Virus record (IMG/VR): IMGVR_UViG_3300032257_000035
Span: 1-42,356 of that record
Direction: 5' to 3' (one strand)
Length of the DNA: 42,356 bases
Source: a virus
Lineage: Duplodnaviria > Caudoviricetes
Notes under the pieces: model-generated
Databases searched by the model: none
Told to the model about the DNA's origin: nothing
What the model saw: the letters and a program-made list of their open reading frames with translations, nothing else
Shown here: positions 26,087-37,005 of the stretch, piece after piece
Layout of the letters: every line of letters begins with the position of its first letter
Position numbering within the stretch: position 1 is the first letter of the stretch
Position numbers and translations under genes: made by a program

Positions 26087-26128
26087 AAAAAATGCCTGCT
26101 TATCTTTACTCGGTAGGTGGGCATTTTT
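26087..26128 (+). terminator. Intrinsic terminator after the capsid gene
   Basis: ATGCCTGCTTATC/GGTAGGTGGGCAT stem with G.U pairs followed by a T run. Confidence 0.7.
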
Positions 26129-26153
26129 ATTTAAAATATAAAGGCATTGTATT

Positions 26154-26618
26154 GTGGCAAAAGCAAAAGTAAATGATTTAATAAATATGGGCTTTGCTGC
26201 AGAACAGTTTGGTGGTGCACCCGGCTTCGACGCTGAGGAAGTTGGCGGCTATGTACATGACATTCTCGATGAAGTTGAAGTTGCGGTACGCTTAAGCGTT
26301 ACAGACACCGTTTACGATGCTGCAACAATAAATGCAGCTGATAAAAATAATAAACGTAATTACAGTTTAATTAAATCGGCTGAGCGTTATTATTGCGCAG
26401 CACAATTATGGCAAAACCGTATTCAATTTATTGACCAAAGTGCAATGGTACAACGTTCTAACGATGTACCTGTAAACCCTCAAAAACAATACGCTGATTT
26501 AGAATCTAAATATATAGAACGTGCAGAAAAACAACTTTCTGCGCTATCAGGCAACACCGTTGAAGGCGGCAGCTCTTTCGGCATGGTTGAGTCTGGATCT
26601 TTTTCTAGGGCCGGTTAG
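26154..26618 (+). CDS. Putative head-tail adaptor
   Basis: Position and size. Confidence 0.55.
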   Translation: MAKAKVNDLINMGFAAEQFGGAPGFDAEEVGGYVHDILDEVEVAVRLSVTDTVYDAATINAADKNNKRNYSLIKSAERYYCAAQLWQNRIQFIDQSAMVQRSNDVPVNPQKQYADLESKYIERAEKQLSALSGNTVEGGSSFGMVESGSFSRAG

Positions 26619-26620
26619 TC

Positions 26621-26986
26621 ATGCTTAAAGTAAAAACTAACGCAAAAAACTTATCGGTTCGATATGCAAAACGGATTACAGCTTTAAATAGTGCGATTGC
26701 ATCGGGTTTGCGCGCATTAGCTATAAAAGTGGATGCGGAGCAAGTTGAAAATTTAAGCGGTGATGGAGACCGTGGCAGCTATCCGGTGCCAGTTCGTAGT
26801 GGCACTTTACGTCGAGGAACTTTCTTTAATGTTGTTAATCGGCAGTTTGCTATTGTTGGCAATAAAACAATCTATGCCGCATCAATACATGATGGCCGTC
26901 CATTCTTAGATAATGCCGTCGACAATGTTAAGCCCGTTGAAATAATAGGCGACCACTTGAAAAAAGAAGTGTGGGCAATACTATGA
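26621..26986 (+). CDS. HK97 gp10-like neck/tail completion protein
   Basis: PVRSGTLRR..VGNKTIYA..RPFL. Confidence 0.75.
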   Translation: MLKVKTNAKNLSVRYAKRITALNSAIASGLRALAIKVDAEQVENLSGDGDRGSYPVPVRSGTLRRGTFFNVVNRQFAIVGNKTIYAASIHDGRPFLDNAVDNVKPVEIIGDHLKKEVWAIL

Positions 26987-27432
26987 ACTTACCTTGGTTT
27001 TTTGAGAATTTAGCAAAAACGTTAACGACCGATGCAAAATTAAAAGCGTGGGCCTTCAATCATTTTGGTGAAGCCTTTACCACTATATATAGTAATCGTC
27101 CAGTATCGCAAATACATAGTTCGGAATTACCGGCTTTTATATTTGAAATGGGTGATGGCGACAGCGATATAGAAGTTGCCGGCATTAACCAATTCTTTGA
27201 AACAACAATGGATTTTGTCATTGTATGGAACGAAGCTAACCAAGAGAAAGCCTTTAATCAACGTGCTGAGTTGCCCGAGTTGGTTACGCTAGCATTAATG
27301 AATAACGCTACGTTATCTGGCTCATGTAATGGTGTATGGCTATCTAGCTATGAATCAGATCGATCGGCTAACCATCCACGACACTTTATGCAGATAAAAA
27401 TCACCGCCCAATTTAATGTAGTTAAAACATAA
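26983..27432 (+). CDS. Putative tail terminator
   Basis: Position before tail tube; ELPA motif; ATGA overlap. Confidence 0.55.
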   Translation: MNLPWFFENLAKTLTTDAKLKAWAFNHFGEAFTTIYSNRPVSQIHSSELPAFIFEMGDGDSDIEVAGINQFFETTMDFVIVWNEANQEKAFNQRAELPELVTLALMNNATLSGSCNGVWLSSYESDRSANHPRHFMQIKITAQFNVVKT

Positions 27433-27434
27433 TA

Positions 27435-27590
27435 ATGTCAAAAAATAAAAAATCATTAACTATTATTTTAAAATTACCGGGTGTGGTTGCATGTGGAGAG
27501 TATAAAGCCAATACAAAATACACCGTTGAATATAATGAAGCCATGCGACTTATTAATGTTAAGGGTTTTGAAGAAACCACTAAAAAATAA
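27435..27590 (+). CDS. Small hypothetical protein (51 aa, absent from the ORF track)
   Basis: MSKNKKSLTIILKLPG...GFEETTKK* fills the gap between neighbouring genes. Confidence 0.55.
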   Translation: MSKNKKSLTIILKLPGVVACGEYKANTKYTVEYNEAMRLINVKGFEETTKK

Positions 27591-27607
27591 ATAAAGAGGA
27601 TACGACA

Positions 27608-28576
27608 ATGCCACAAGCAACCGGCGCACAAGCAAAATTTAATATTTATGACGAAGACGTTTACGGCCAAGATCCAGGTGCCCCAGATGGTGAGCAGTTG
27701 TATGTGACTAACTTTGGTATCACCTCAAGTAAGGGCCGAACACAATCGGCAACGCTAACCGACAGCCGAGCAGCAACCCGGCCAACACTGGCTAACGAAG
27801 ATGCAGGCGGTGACTTAGGCGTTGAAGTTGCCCCCGAATCAGTTGGTAAATTATTAAAGCATACCATGGGTGGTTTAGTTACTACGGGAGCGGGCCCGTA
27901 TACACATACATTAACTATCGATGATTTACCGGTTAGCTTTATGGCCGAAAAAGATTATGGCGTTAATATTTCAGGCAATGGCCGCTTTGAAAAATACAAT
28001 GGTTGCCGTGTTAATAGCGCAAAGTTTAGTTTCCCACAAGAAGGTGCGCCGAAATGCAGTTTTAGCATAAAAGGCTCCGGCATGACGCAAGCGGCTGCCG
28101 CATTAGATCCTACTATTACCGATAATGGGCACAATATCTTTAGTGCGTTTGAAACGTCAATCGAAGAGGGCGGCGCACCAAGCACTGTTATTACCAACCT
28201 TGATTTAGATGTAAGTAATAATTTAGATGAAGCCGGTTATGTTATTGGTGGCGGCGGTAAGCGTAAACAATTACCGGAAGGCTTAGCTGTTATTACCGGC
28301 CAATACACTGCGCTTTTTGAAAGCACTGCGTTATTAAATAAGGCTATCAATAATGTTGAGTCTAGCTTAAAGATTACCTTAACACGTGGTGATGGGCTTG
28401 GTACGGCCGGCAATGAATCACTTGAGTTTTTGTTAAGCCAATTAGTTTATGAGCAACAAAGCCCACCCATTGAAGGGCCTAGCGGTGTGCTTATTACTAT
28501 GGCATTTACAGGTTATTTAAAAGCAGGTGATAACGGTTTGGTTATTACACTTAAAAATTCATTAGCAACAATTTAA
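27608..28576 (+). CDS. Major tail tube protein
   Basis: GAGGA RBS; EDVYG..GPYTHT..YNGCRVNS..VSNNL; precedes the chaperone and tape measure genes. Confidence 0.8.
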   Translation: MPQATGAQAKFNIYDEDVYGQDPGAPDGEQLYVTNFGITSSKGRTQSATLTDSRAATRPTLANEDAGGDLGVEVAPESVGKLLKHTMGGLVTTGAGPYTHTLTIDDLPVSFMAEKDYGVNISGNGRFEKYNGCRVNSAKFSFPQEGAPKCSFSIKGSGMTQAAAALDPTITDNGHNIFSAFETSIEEGGAPSTVITNLDLDVSNNLDEAGYVIGGGGKRKQLPEGLAVITGQYTALFESTALLNKAINNVESSLKITLTRGDGLGTAGNESLEFLLSQLVYEQQSPPIEGPSGVLITMAFTGYLKAGDNGLVITLKNSLATI

Positions 28577-28585
28577 AGGTGTCCA

Positions 28586-28981
28586 ATGTTTAAGGTTAAT
28601 ACAAAGCGAGAATTATTTTACCCAATTAAAATAAACCAACTAAAAGAAGATGGTAGCGGCGAAGTTAACGAAATTACCGTTAAGATTAAATATAAGTTAT
28701 TAACGCGTAAAGAAATGCGAGAGCTTGTTGAGCGTAGCCAAGAAGCAATAAAAATTGCCGCCAATAGCGACAAGGAAATTAACGACCTGTTAAGTGAAGA
28801 TGAAGACGACGTTATCGATCGTATAACCGATTGGGATGGAATTATTGACGCTGAAACAAATAAGGCAATGCCATTTAGTCGCGCAGCATTGCTTGCTGTA
28901 ATGGAAGACAGCCACCAGTTTTCTTCTAAAGTTATTGACGGTTTATATTTTGCATCGAGGGATTTACCAGTAAAAAATTAA
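28586..28981 (+). CDS. Tail assembly chaperone (gpG-like)
   Basis: ITDWDGI..PFS; ends VKN* on a slippery site. Confidence 0.75.
   Translation: MFKVNTKRELFYPIKINQLKEDGSGEVNEITVKIKYKLLTRKEMRELVERSQEAIKIAANSDKEINDLLSEDEDDVIDRITDWDGIIDAETNKAMPFSRAALLAVMEDSHQFSSKVIDGLYFASRDLPVKN
28972..28978 (+). other. -1 programmed frameshift slippery site A AAA AAT
   Basis: The -1 frame reads KLIECATWLHSKNG into ORF 28999-29310. Confidence 0.75.
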
Positions 28982-28998
28982 TAGAGTGCGCGACATGG

Positions 28999-29310
28999 TT
29001 GCATAGTAAAAACGGTTTACATTTTTGCAAAGCATGTATGGCTGGGAGTAAGGCGCGTACTCAATGTAAGGCTTGCACCCGGCCAACGTTATTACCTGAA
29101 AATGTTAAGGCATTAAATTTATATAACGATTGTTCTACCCAATGGAATATAAATGCTAATGGCTTTTTAGTTGGGTTGAATTACCAAGGCGTTGAAAGCG
29201 TTATGCGGCTGCAAAGCGTAAAAGAAAATGAGAAACCTTTTTTATTTTCTCAATTGCAGGTATTAGAAACCGCCACGATAAATGAGCGAAATAATAAAAC
29301 AAAAACATGA
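28999..29310 (+). CDS. Tail assembly chaperone frameshift extension (gpT/DUF1799-like)
   Basis: PEN..A..L...STQW..GLNYQGV..LQVLE; no convincing start of its own. Confidence 0.75.
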   Translation: MHSKNGLHFCKACMAGSKARTQCKACTRPTLLPENVKALNLYNDCSTQWNINANGFLVGLNYQGVESVMRLQSVKENEKPFLFSQLQVLETATINERNNKTKT

Positions 29311-31247
29311 CAACGCAAACCGACACATTAAAGATAAAATTAACCACCACTGGAAAAGGTAAGGTTCGCGCAAGCTTAGCCGGTGTTGAGCGGGATCTTG
29401 GTGGTGTTGCCGGCGGTGCGAATAAAACAAAAAAATCTATTGGCGGCCTGCAAAGCGCCATTGCTTTATTAACAACAACGGCCGCCGCTGGGTTTTTAGT
29501 AAAAACAATTATTGAGTTTGAAAAATTAGAGGCCAGTTTACGTACTGTTACCGGTAGTACCGCTATCGCTAATAAAACATTTTCCGAATTACAGGTATTT
29601 GCGCAAGAAACTCCAAGCCAGCTTAGCGATGTTGTTGGTGCATTTATTAAGTTAAAAGCTTTAGGCTTAGATCCCAGTATTGAATCTTTACGTTCGTATG
29701 GCAACACAGCGGCCGCCATGGGTAAAGATTTAAATCAATTCATTGAGGCCGTGGCCGATGCATCAACCGGCGAATTCGAGCGGTTAAAAGAATTTGGTAT
29801 TCGCGCTAGACAGCAGGGCGACCAAGTTAGCTTTACCTTCCAGGGTGTAACCACAACGGTACAAAAATCATCGGCGCAAATTGAGGGGTATTTAAAGGCT
29901 ATTGGCGACACCACATTTGCTGGCGCGCTTACCGACCAGATGAATACATTGGGCGGCAGCTTTTCAAACTTCCAAGATTCAGTAAGTGCGTTAGCAAAAA
30001 AAATTGGTGAGTCGGGGGTTAGTGATGCAATAAAAAGCATAACAGATGCCAGTGCGGACCTAATACGAACAATGGCAGGCGTACCGAAGCCCATCGATGA
30101 TTTACGAAAAAAATTAACCGCACTCCAAGCCGCCGAGTTTAACACGCCCACTAAAGTGTATCGACCAGGTAGGAGCACGGCGGTTAATACCAGTCGATTA
30201 ATAAACGATGTTAAAGACGATATTCGTGATGCACTTATTGCCACTGGTGGCCCCGAAGGATTACGAACGCAAATTGATTTACTCGACGAAAAAATAGCCG
30301 AAATTGAATTTAAAATTGCTAATGTTGGTATTAACCGCAAACCTTTAGCCGGACTAAATCGACGGCTAGATAGCTTTAACGAACTCGCTAGAAATGCAAG
30401 AGATACATTAGCCGAGCTTGAATTAACCGCACCAGAGCAACAACCAGGTAATGCACCAAGCCCCGCTGCAGATAACAAAGCAGAAAAAGAAAAACAGCGC
30501 AGAGAAAAAGAAAGGCAGGGCTACCTAGATAATTTAGCACGCCGATTTAATGCATTGCAATTAAGTTTAAGTGATGAAACCGCATTAATTAATAATGAAG
30601 AACAAACCCGTATTAATTTATTAAATGAGTATAGAGAAAACCATATTTTAGCCGAAGGCGAATATCAATTTAGGTTAACGCAAATACAAGATGATGCCAG
30701 TAAAAAACGTACTGCATTAGTTGAAGCGGAACAACAAGAAAAATTTAATATAACAGCGGGTATATTTCAAAACCTCACCTCTTTAATGGGTAGTCAGAGT
30801 AAAAAGCAATTTGAAATTGGAAAAAAATCAGCTTTGGCAGGAGCGTTAATACAAGGTTACGCTGCAGTTGTTGCCAGCTTTAAATCTGGAGCCGAGACTG
30901 GCGGATATCCGCTTGCGGTAGCGTATGCCGCAAGTGCCACCGTTGCCGTTAAAGCTCAAATAGATGCGATCAAGCGCCAACAATTTAGTGGCGGTGGCAC
31001 CATCCCGTCTATAAGCGGCGGCAACAATGGCCAAGGCACTCAGCCAGCAAGTACACCGCCCGTTGATCCAACGGCACAAAGTGGTGCCACGCAAGTGGTG
31101 GTTCAAGTTATTGGACCGAGTTATGGGTACGACGATTTTGATGAGCGCATTGTTGGCGCAGTGCGTACTGCCGTGGGTAATGATGTTGAGCTGGTACCGG
31201 CCGACTCGCGCAATGGCTTAGAGCTAATAGAGGCGGCTAACGCATGA
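29307..31247 (+). CDS. Tail tape measure protein
   Basis: AVADASTGEFERLKEFGI, SNFQDS; Ala-rich helical, 646 aa. Confidence 0.9.
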   Translation: MTTQTDTLKIKLTTTGKGKVRASLAGVERDLGGVAGGANKTKKSIGGLQSAIALLTTTAAAGFLVKTIIEFEKLEASLRTVTGSTAIANKTFSELQVFAQETPSQLSDVVGAFIKLKALGLDPSIESLRSYGNTAAAMGKDLNQFIEAVADASTGEFERLKEFGIRARQQGDQVSFTFQGVTTTVQKSSAQIEGYLKAIGDTTFAGALTDQMNTLGGSFSNFQDSVSALAKKIGESGVSDAIKSITDASADLIRTMAGVPKPIDDLRKKLTALQAAEFNTPTKVYRPGRSTAVNTSRLINDVKDDIRDALIATGGPEGLRTQIDLLDEKIAEIEFKIANVGINRKPLAGLNRRLDSFNELARNARDTLAELELTAPEQQPGNAPSPAADNKAEKEKQRREKERQGYLDNLARRFNALQLSLSDETALINNEEQTRINLLNEYRENHILAEGEYQFRLTQIQDDASKKRTALVEAEQQEKFNITAGIFQNLTSLMGSQSKKQFEIGKKSALAGALIQGYAAVVASFKSGAETGGYPLAVAYAASATVAVKAQIDAIKRQQFSGGGTIPSISGGNNGQGTQPASTPPVDPTAQSGATQVVVQVIGPSYGYDDFDERIVGAVRTAVGNDVELVPADSRNGLELIEAANA

Positions 31248-31882
31248 GCAATATTAATTACATTGCTAAACGCAGTATTGTGCCGGTTGTATTTTTTATT
31301 TCCCAGAGTACTGTTTCCGCATCGAGCGTTGATAACTCATTTAACGATTCAACCAATGATTTAAGCGGGTTAAGTGCTAATGAATGGGTTTATGTTACTG
31401 GCTTTGCTAACACAGAAAACAATGGATGGCATCAACTTTTAAGTGACAGTACCGCGAATAAAATTATTATTAATACCGATACCGCGCTTGTAACGGAGGC
31501 AGCCGGAAATGCTGTTACATTGCAGGGTTACTTGCATGGTTTAAATGTAAGTTATGATTTGGATTTTGATTTACAACGATATACTCCACAACCCAAAGAA
31601 ATTAAAACCACCATTACAGCAAAAGGCGGTAATCGCTCGACGCTTTATGATAGAACCGATAATTTTTACGATTGCCAAACCAGCTACATCAATGAAAGCG
31701 AATTACCTTTATGGGATGAATTTTTTGCTAGTGTTGCCGCGGGTGAAGGCTTTATTTTTGATGCTTACGGCACAAGTGGCACACCCAATAACCCGGTTAG
31801 CGTAGAGATTGATGGTGCTTATGCATACCAGCGTGTCGGTACTACGGGTAAATTTTACATTAGCTTTAGAGTGAAAATATAA
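31244..31882 (+). CDS. Putative distal tail protein
   Basis: Directly follows the tape measure gene. Confidence 0.5.
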   Translation: MSNINYIAKRSIVPVVFFISQSTVSASSVDNSFNDSTNDLSGLSANEWVYVTGFANTENNGWHQLLSDSTANKIIINTDTALVTEAAGNAVTLQGYLHGLNVSYDLDFDLQRYTPQPKEIKTTITAKGGNRSTLYDRTDNFYDCQTSYINESELPLWDEFFASVAAGEGFIFDAYGTSGTPNNPVSVEIDGAYAYQRVGTTGKFYISFRVKI

Positions 31883-34800
31883 TGCGTACCGATTCGGCCG
31901 CATTTACGTTATTAAATGATTCGCCCAATAAAGATCCACGCTATGTTGTGGAAGTGGCGTTTGACACCGCTAATACCGATTTACATTATTATACTTCGCA
32001 TAATGATACCGCCACACCCACCGGGGCAGTGGTTACAAAAAACGTTATTCGTAATATTGATGTGGTTAGCCAGCAAATAAGCCCACGCAAAGGCAATGCC
32101 AGTATTGGTTCGATTAGCTTTGATTTGCTTGATAAAAACGATGCGGTGCGTAACTTACAATTTACAAAGCTAGCGCTTGGTAAAAGCCAAAAAAATATGC
32201 GTGCACGCGTTTATGTTGGTTACGAGGGTTTAGCCTGGGCAGATTACACGTTAGTACAAACACAATTAATACAAAGCGTTACCTACAACAACAAAACGTA
32301 TAAGTTTAAATGCGCTGATGTTCAGCGTGAAGCCAGAAAAGACTTATTTGATTTAGCAACTACCACTCTTAGTGCGGGTATTGATGAAGCTCAATTATTA
32401 ATACCTGTTTATAGTATTACAAACTTTAACCTGGTGTCGCATGGCTCAAGTTATAGTGATGCACCTAATACCAGCGTTTTGTATTTAAAAATAGAAAACG
32501 AAGTTGTACGGTGTACCGGTACAACAACCGATGGTACGTTGGGTTTAGTTTTTATTGCTGATCAACGCGGCGCACTTAATACTAAGGCCGTGGCACATAC
32601 CGTTGACGATACCGCAAGTGCTGAGCGACGAACCAAGGTAACGGAGTATGTTTACCTAGAAATGCCAGCGGTTAAATTAGCGTTGGCCTTGTTAACCGGT
32701 GAGCTGTATGGCCAAGCAGCGACATTGTCGGAAAGCTGGCATTTAGGTATTGATAGTGCCTATGTAAAAGAATCAGACTTTATAAATATAAAGTCTGATT
32801 TATGGGATCCCACTGATGATACCGTTGGTAATTTAGTGCGCTTTGAAGGCTTAAAGAAAACCGACGGTAAAAAGTTTTTAGAAAAAGAACTCATGTTGGA
32901 GCTAGGCACCTTTATGCCAATAGGTAGTGATGGTGCGCTTGGTTTACGGCGAATGACTCAAATACTCGCCGACGCGGATTACATAGTACAACTTGATGAA
33001 ACAAATGTTGTTTCACACGGTGAGCTACTCCACGATATGAAGCAAGTACAAAACCATTTGCAAATTGCCTGGAATGTAAACCCACAAACAAATAAACCGA
33101 CACGCCATAATATATTATTAGACGCAAAGAGCATTGCGCAACATGGTGAAAGTAAACCGTTAAAACTTCAATTTAATGGTTTGCACGGTAGTCGCTTTAG
33201 TTCAAGCCAACTTGGTACATTGTTTGATTCATTACGTGATCGATTTTCTGGGCCACCACTAACACTTTCTATTACTGTTACACCTGAACTAAATACATTA
33301 GAAGTGGGTGATGTGGTACGCGTAAAGCTTGACAGCATTAATGATTTTATAACCGGTTCAACTATCGATAGATCGTTTGAAGTACAGCAAGTAAAAAATA
33401 ATTGGTTTACCGGCAATATAAATTTAACATTATTTGCTAGCTCGCAAAGCAGTGAAGCCACCGCGTACGATACTGTACCGGCGGTATTAAATGATGCCTA
33501 CTATATTAGCCAAGGTAACGATCTTGCAAGCTATGTTGGTGGTGGTTATAACGCTGCAAACCACTTTAACTTGATTACCAGTGTTGGGCATATTACAAGC
33601 GATTGCACGTTAACCGGTGGTAGCAATTTAAACTCAGCGACCAATATATTTTATTATGATGGTGACTTGCAAATTGATGATGGCGTTACCGTTACATTAA
33701 AAGATAATGTTCAGTTACGCGTTAAAGGTTTTTTAACTATTAACGGTGCTTTAAATGGTAAGGGCGAAGGATTAGCAGCCGGCGGTACGGTTGGTTATGT
33801 TGGTATTACAGAAGCGCAAGGCGGCTTGCATTACTTTAATAGTGGTGGTTTTTCTATCACGCGGCGATTTACATCAAGCCGCCAGCCAATATATCAAAGC
33901 AGTATAAATTCAATTGAAGTATTTAACCTGGTTAATGGTGGCAGCTCTCTTTCTGGTTTACCTAACTCATTATTAGGCACCTCAGGTAATAGTGGTGGCA
34001 ACTTCACCACCAAAACCGCAGGCGGTGGCACTTCAATTATCGCAAGTGGTGGCGGCGGCGGTAATGGAGGGGCAGGCCTAACCACAATTACTCGAGGCGT
34101 TTCGTTCGGTGCGAATGGCAGAGTCATTACAAGTGGTAACGATGGTGCGCAAGGAAGCAGCGGACAAGGCGGTGGCGCTAACGCTGATTTTGTTGGTTAC
34201 TCAGGGTCGGGCGGTGGTGGTAGTGCAGGTTGTTGGCTTTGTTTATTGGATGGTTATAACGCCAATATACCGCAATTAACAAATACATTTATTGCAGTAC
34301 GCGGTAATAACCCATTAGTTGGCTCGCGCATTAATTCGCCTGACACACGAGCTAATTTGGGTAGCTTTCAATCAAGTTATTACCAGGGCTTACCCGGTAA
34401 AGACGTTGCAACAAGTCGCGTGCGTGTACAATTTATTCCAGCTAACGCGGTTATTGAGGTTGACCCCGATCAAGGAGAAATAATTAAACCAACATTTTTA
34501 ACGATTAATTCAGGTACAAACGAATTATTTATAAATAGTGATGGCGGTATTATTACTCGCGCACGTTTAAGTTGGGCCGCCACAACGGATCCCCGTGTTG
34601 TTGGTTATGAAACGGAATATAAACCTAGTAGTAGTTTGGTTTGGTATCCGGGCCCAACTAATTTAGGGATAGGATCAACTGAAACTTATATAAGTAATTT
34701 AAAGGCAAATACCCCTTATGATTTTAGAGTGCGCGCCGCCGATAACATTCGCAATACATCCGATTGGGTGCAATCACTTAATCATTTGGTGTTAGGTAAA

Positions 34801-35751
34801 AGTGAGCCACCCGAAGATGTTGCTGGATTTAGCGTTTTACAAAATGGCGAGGCAGCCGTTATAAAATGGATTGCGGTAAGCGACACCGATTTAGCCGGCT
34901 ACGACATTCGCTATGGTCCACAAGACGCAAACGACTTTAATAACGCCACACCATTAACAACAATAACCAAAGGCACTAATGTTACAAGCGCCGACATTGC
35001 AAGTGGTGACTGGCGCTTTTATATTAAAGCGGTTGATACAAGTGGTAACGTTTCTGTTAATGCCGCTAGCTTTGATATGAGCTTTGTTTCTAGTTTCGAT
35101 ATTATTTACCAAAACAACGAAGCACCCGAATGGCCTGGCACCTTAACCAATTTTATAAAACATTATACGGGTGTGCTTATCCCTGATAGCACCGATACCG
35201 ATAGCACCGCCGATGATGTTATGGATGTTTTTATAAAAAACCCGTATGCCGATTGCTATTATGAAACATTAGAAATTGATAGTGATTATGACGATGATGT
35301 GCGCGTATGGGGTGACATTATTAGCGTACTTGGGCCAACGGAAACAGGTGTTGCTGACCCCACCTTACAAATAGATTACCGGCTAAATGCCGGCAGTTAT
35401 AACGGCTATGAACCATGGAGTGTTGGTGTTGTTACCGCGCGTTTCATAAAGCACCGCTTGCACTTAGATACGACTAAAGGCGTGGCTATCATTCAGCAGT
35501 TTAACCCAACGGTTGATTTACTTGAGTGGAGCCAACGCGGTGGAAATGTAATTGTGCCTGCAAGTGGCTTAACCATTAATTATCCTAAACCCTTTCACAT
35601 GCCGCCATTAGTCAAAGTTTTAATGCAAGGAGGCAGTGCCTTATTTGTTACACGTGAAACCATAACCGAAAGTAGTTTTCTAGTGCATGTTTGGAATACA
35701 AGTGGCGCTGAAGTGGGTGGTACCATTGATTGGGAAGCCACCGGCGTTTAA
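31882..35751 (+). CDS. Tail tip/central fibre protein with Gly-rich region and FN3 domains
   Basis: 1289 aa; ISNLKANTPYDFRVRAAD and FYIKAVDTSGN FN3 motifs. Confidence 0.8.
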   Translation: MRTDSAAFTLLNDSPNKDPRYVVEVAFDTANTDLHYYTSHNDTATPTGAVVTKNVIRNIDVVSQQISPRKGNASIGSISFDLLDKNDAVRNLQFTKLALGKSQKNMRARVYVGYEGLAWADYTLVQTQLIQSVTYNNKTYKFKCADVQREARKDLFDLATTTLSAGIDEAQLLIPVYSITNFNLVSHGSSYSDAPNTSVLYLKIENEVVRCTGTTTDGTLGLVFIADQRGALNTKAVAHTVDDTASAERRTKVTEYVYLEMPAVKLALALLTGELYGQAATLSESWHLGIDSAYVKESDFINIKSDLWDPTDDTVGNLVRFEGLKKTDGKKFLEKELMLELGTFMPIGSDGALGLRRMTQILADADYIVQLDETNVVSHGELLHDMKQVQNHLQIAWNVNPQTNKPTRHNILLDAKSIAQHGESKPLKLQFNGLHGSRFSSSQLGTLFDSLRDRFSGPPLTLSITVTPELNTLEVGDVVRVKLDSINDFITGSTIDRSFEVQQVKNNWFTGNINLTLFASSQSSEATAYDTVPAVLNDAYYISQGNDLASYVGGGYNAANHFNLITSVGHITSDCTLTGGSNLNSATNIFYYDGDLQIDDGVTVTLKDNVQLRVKGFLTINGALNGKGEGLAAGGTVGYVGITEAQGGLHYFNSGGFSITRRFTSSRQPIYQSSINSIEVFNLVNGGSSLSGLPNSLLGTSGNSGGNFTTKTAGGGTSIIASGGGGGNGGAGLTTITRGVSFGANGRVITSGNDGAQGSSGQGGGANADFVGYSGSGGGGSAGCWLCLLDGYNANIPQLTNTFIAVRGNNPLVGSRINSPDTRANLGSFQSSYYQGLPGKDVATSRVRVQFIPANAVIEVDPDQGEIIKPTFLTINSGTNELFINSDGGIITRARLSWAATTDPRVVGYETEYKPSSSLVWYPGPTNLGIGSTETYISNLKANTPYDFRVRAADNIRNTSDWVQSLNHLVLGKSEPPEDVAGFSVLQNGEAAVIKWIAVSDTDLAGYDIRYGPQDANDFNNATPLTTITKGTNVTSADIASGDWRFYIKAVDTSGNVSVNAASFDMSFVSSFDIIYQNNEAPEWPGTLTNFIKHYTGVLIPDSTDTDSTADDVMDVFIKNPYADCYYETLEIDSDYDDDVRVWGDIISVLGPTETGVADPTLQIDYRLNAGSYNGYEPWSVGVVTARFIKHRLHLDTTKGVAIIQQFNPTVDLLEWSQRGGNVIVPASGLTINYPKPFHMPPLVKVLMQGGSALFVTRETITESSFLVHVWNTSGAEVGGTIDWEATGV

Positions 35752-35782
35752 TTGAATTAATAAAAAATAGGAATAATTTATT

Positions 35783-36595
35783 ATGAGCTTTACGAAACCA
35801 ACACAACCAAACGTGGCAGGGGATACGCCGGCACAATATAAAGTAAATATTGATGGCTCAATTAATACGATATTAAACAGCGTATATGACAATACTATAA
35901 TTTCCACTACCGGAACAAGTAGTGCGTATGCAGCCAATGTTGGATTGACTGCATTCACAAACAATCAAGTTATAAAGGTGGTTATACATACAGATAATGT
36001 AAATGCCGGTTGCACAATAAACTTTGATAGCCTGGGTGCAAAATCAATAAGAACATTAGCCGGACTAAATCCATTGAACGGTGTTTTAAAGGCAGGCATG
36101 GTTGCAAAATTAATGTACGACGGTGTGAACATGGTTTTATTAAATCCACATCAATCATTTCATGGCGCGATGATGGCCGAAACGGCGGGGGCAGCGCAAT
36201 CAATACCAAACCTCAATACCACAAAAGTTACTTTTGATACTTCTGTGTATGACACAGATGGAATTGTTGATACTGTAAATAATGAATTAGTAGTTCCTGA
36301 TGGGGTAACAAAAGTTAGGTTTTATGCAAAGGTTGATTTTTTCACGAATGACACAACAGTTGGATATAGAGAGAGCTTTATCCGCCGACTAATTTATTCC
36401 GTCGATTTTTATGGCAATGCTACGCAGAGGTATGTAAAACCCGCGACTGCTTTCATGGGGCCAGCCTTTAATAATGTTTCAGCAGTAGTGCTTGTCGCTC
36501 CGGGAGATGTCTTTGAGGTTGCGGTATCCCAAAACTCTGGCGGCGCCGTTAATGTTTTTGGTGGCCGCTTTTTTGCGATGGAGATAATAGAATAA
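35783..36595 (+). CDS. Tail fibre/receptor-binding protein with a C1q-like C-terminal head
   Basis: TINFDSLGAKSI N-terminal motif; AQSIPN..KVTFDT..YDT..GDVFEV. Confidence 0.65.
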   Translation: MSFTKPTQPNVAGDTPAQYKVNIDGSINTILNSVYDNTIISTTGTSSAYAANVGLTAFTNNQVIKVVIHTDNVNAGCTINFDSLGAKSIRTLAGLNPLNGVLKAGMVAKLMYDGVNMVLLNPHQSFHGAMMAETAGAAQSIPNLNTTKVTFDTSVYDTDGIVDTVNNELVVPDGVTKVRFYAKVDFFTNDTTVGYRESFIRRLIYSVDFYGNATQRYVKPATAFMGPAFNNVSAVVLVAPGDVFEVAVSQNSGGAVNVFGGRFFAMEIIE

Positions 36596-36957
36596 TGAGC
36601 GCGTTCACAACCCCATTGATTTTAAAAATGCTACCGAACGAACGGTTCGAGGTAGCGCAAGCATTTACCTATCATATTGGAGAGCTTGGTAGTGGTAATA
36701 TAATTAACGTACCGAAAGGATTTGTAACCGACCTTACCAGCGTGCCACGATTGTTATGGCCAGTTTTACCGCCACATGGTTTTTACGGTAAAGCTGCAGT
36801 ATTGCATGACTACCTATATGTTAACGGATTAAAAACAAAAGCGATTGCCGATAATATTTTTTTAGAAGCCATGACAGTATTAAATATCCCGAAATATAAA
36901 CGCATAATAATGTACAAAGGCGTACATTATTTTGGTAGAGGCAACTACACCCAATGA
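36595..36957 (+). CDS. DUF1353 family protein
   Basis: VPKGFVTDLTSVPR..AAVLHDYLY..ADNIFLEAM. Confidence 0.85.
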   Translation: MSAFTTPLILKMLPNERFEVAQAFTYHIGELGSGNIINVPKGFVTDLTSVPRLLWPVLPPHGFYGKAAVLHDYLYVNGLKTKAIADNIFLEAMTVLNIPKYKRIIMYKGVHYFGRGNYTQ

Positions 36958-37005
36958 AGCAAGCGTTTCAGTGTTATAAAATACGGATAACGATAAAATA
37001 AATAA

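Noticed and set aside
29201-30478. Long minus-strand ORFs
   Set aside because: Antisense shadows of the tape measure gene.
31882-36595. Invertible tail-fibre shufflon or diversity-generating retroelement
   Set aside because: No alternative fibre C-termini, crossover repeats, reverse transcriptase or TR/VR pair seen.
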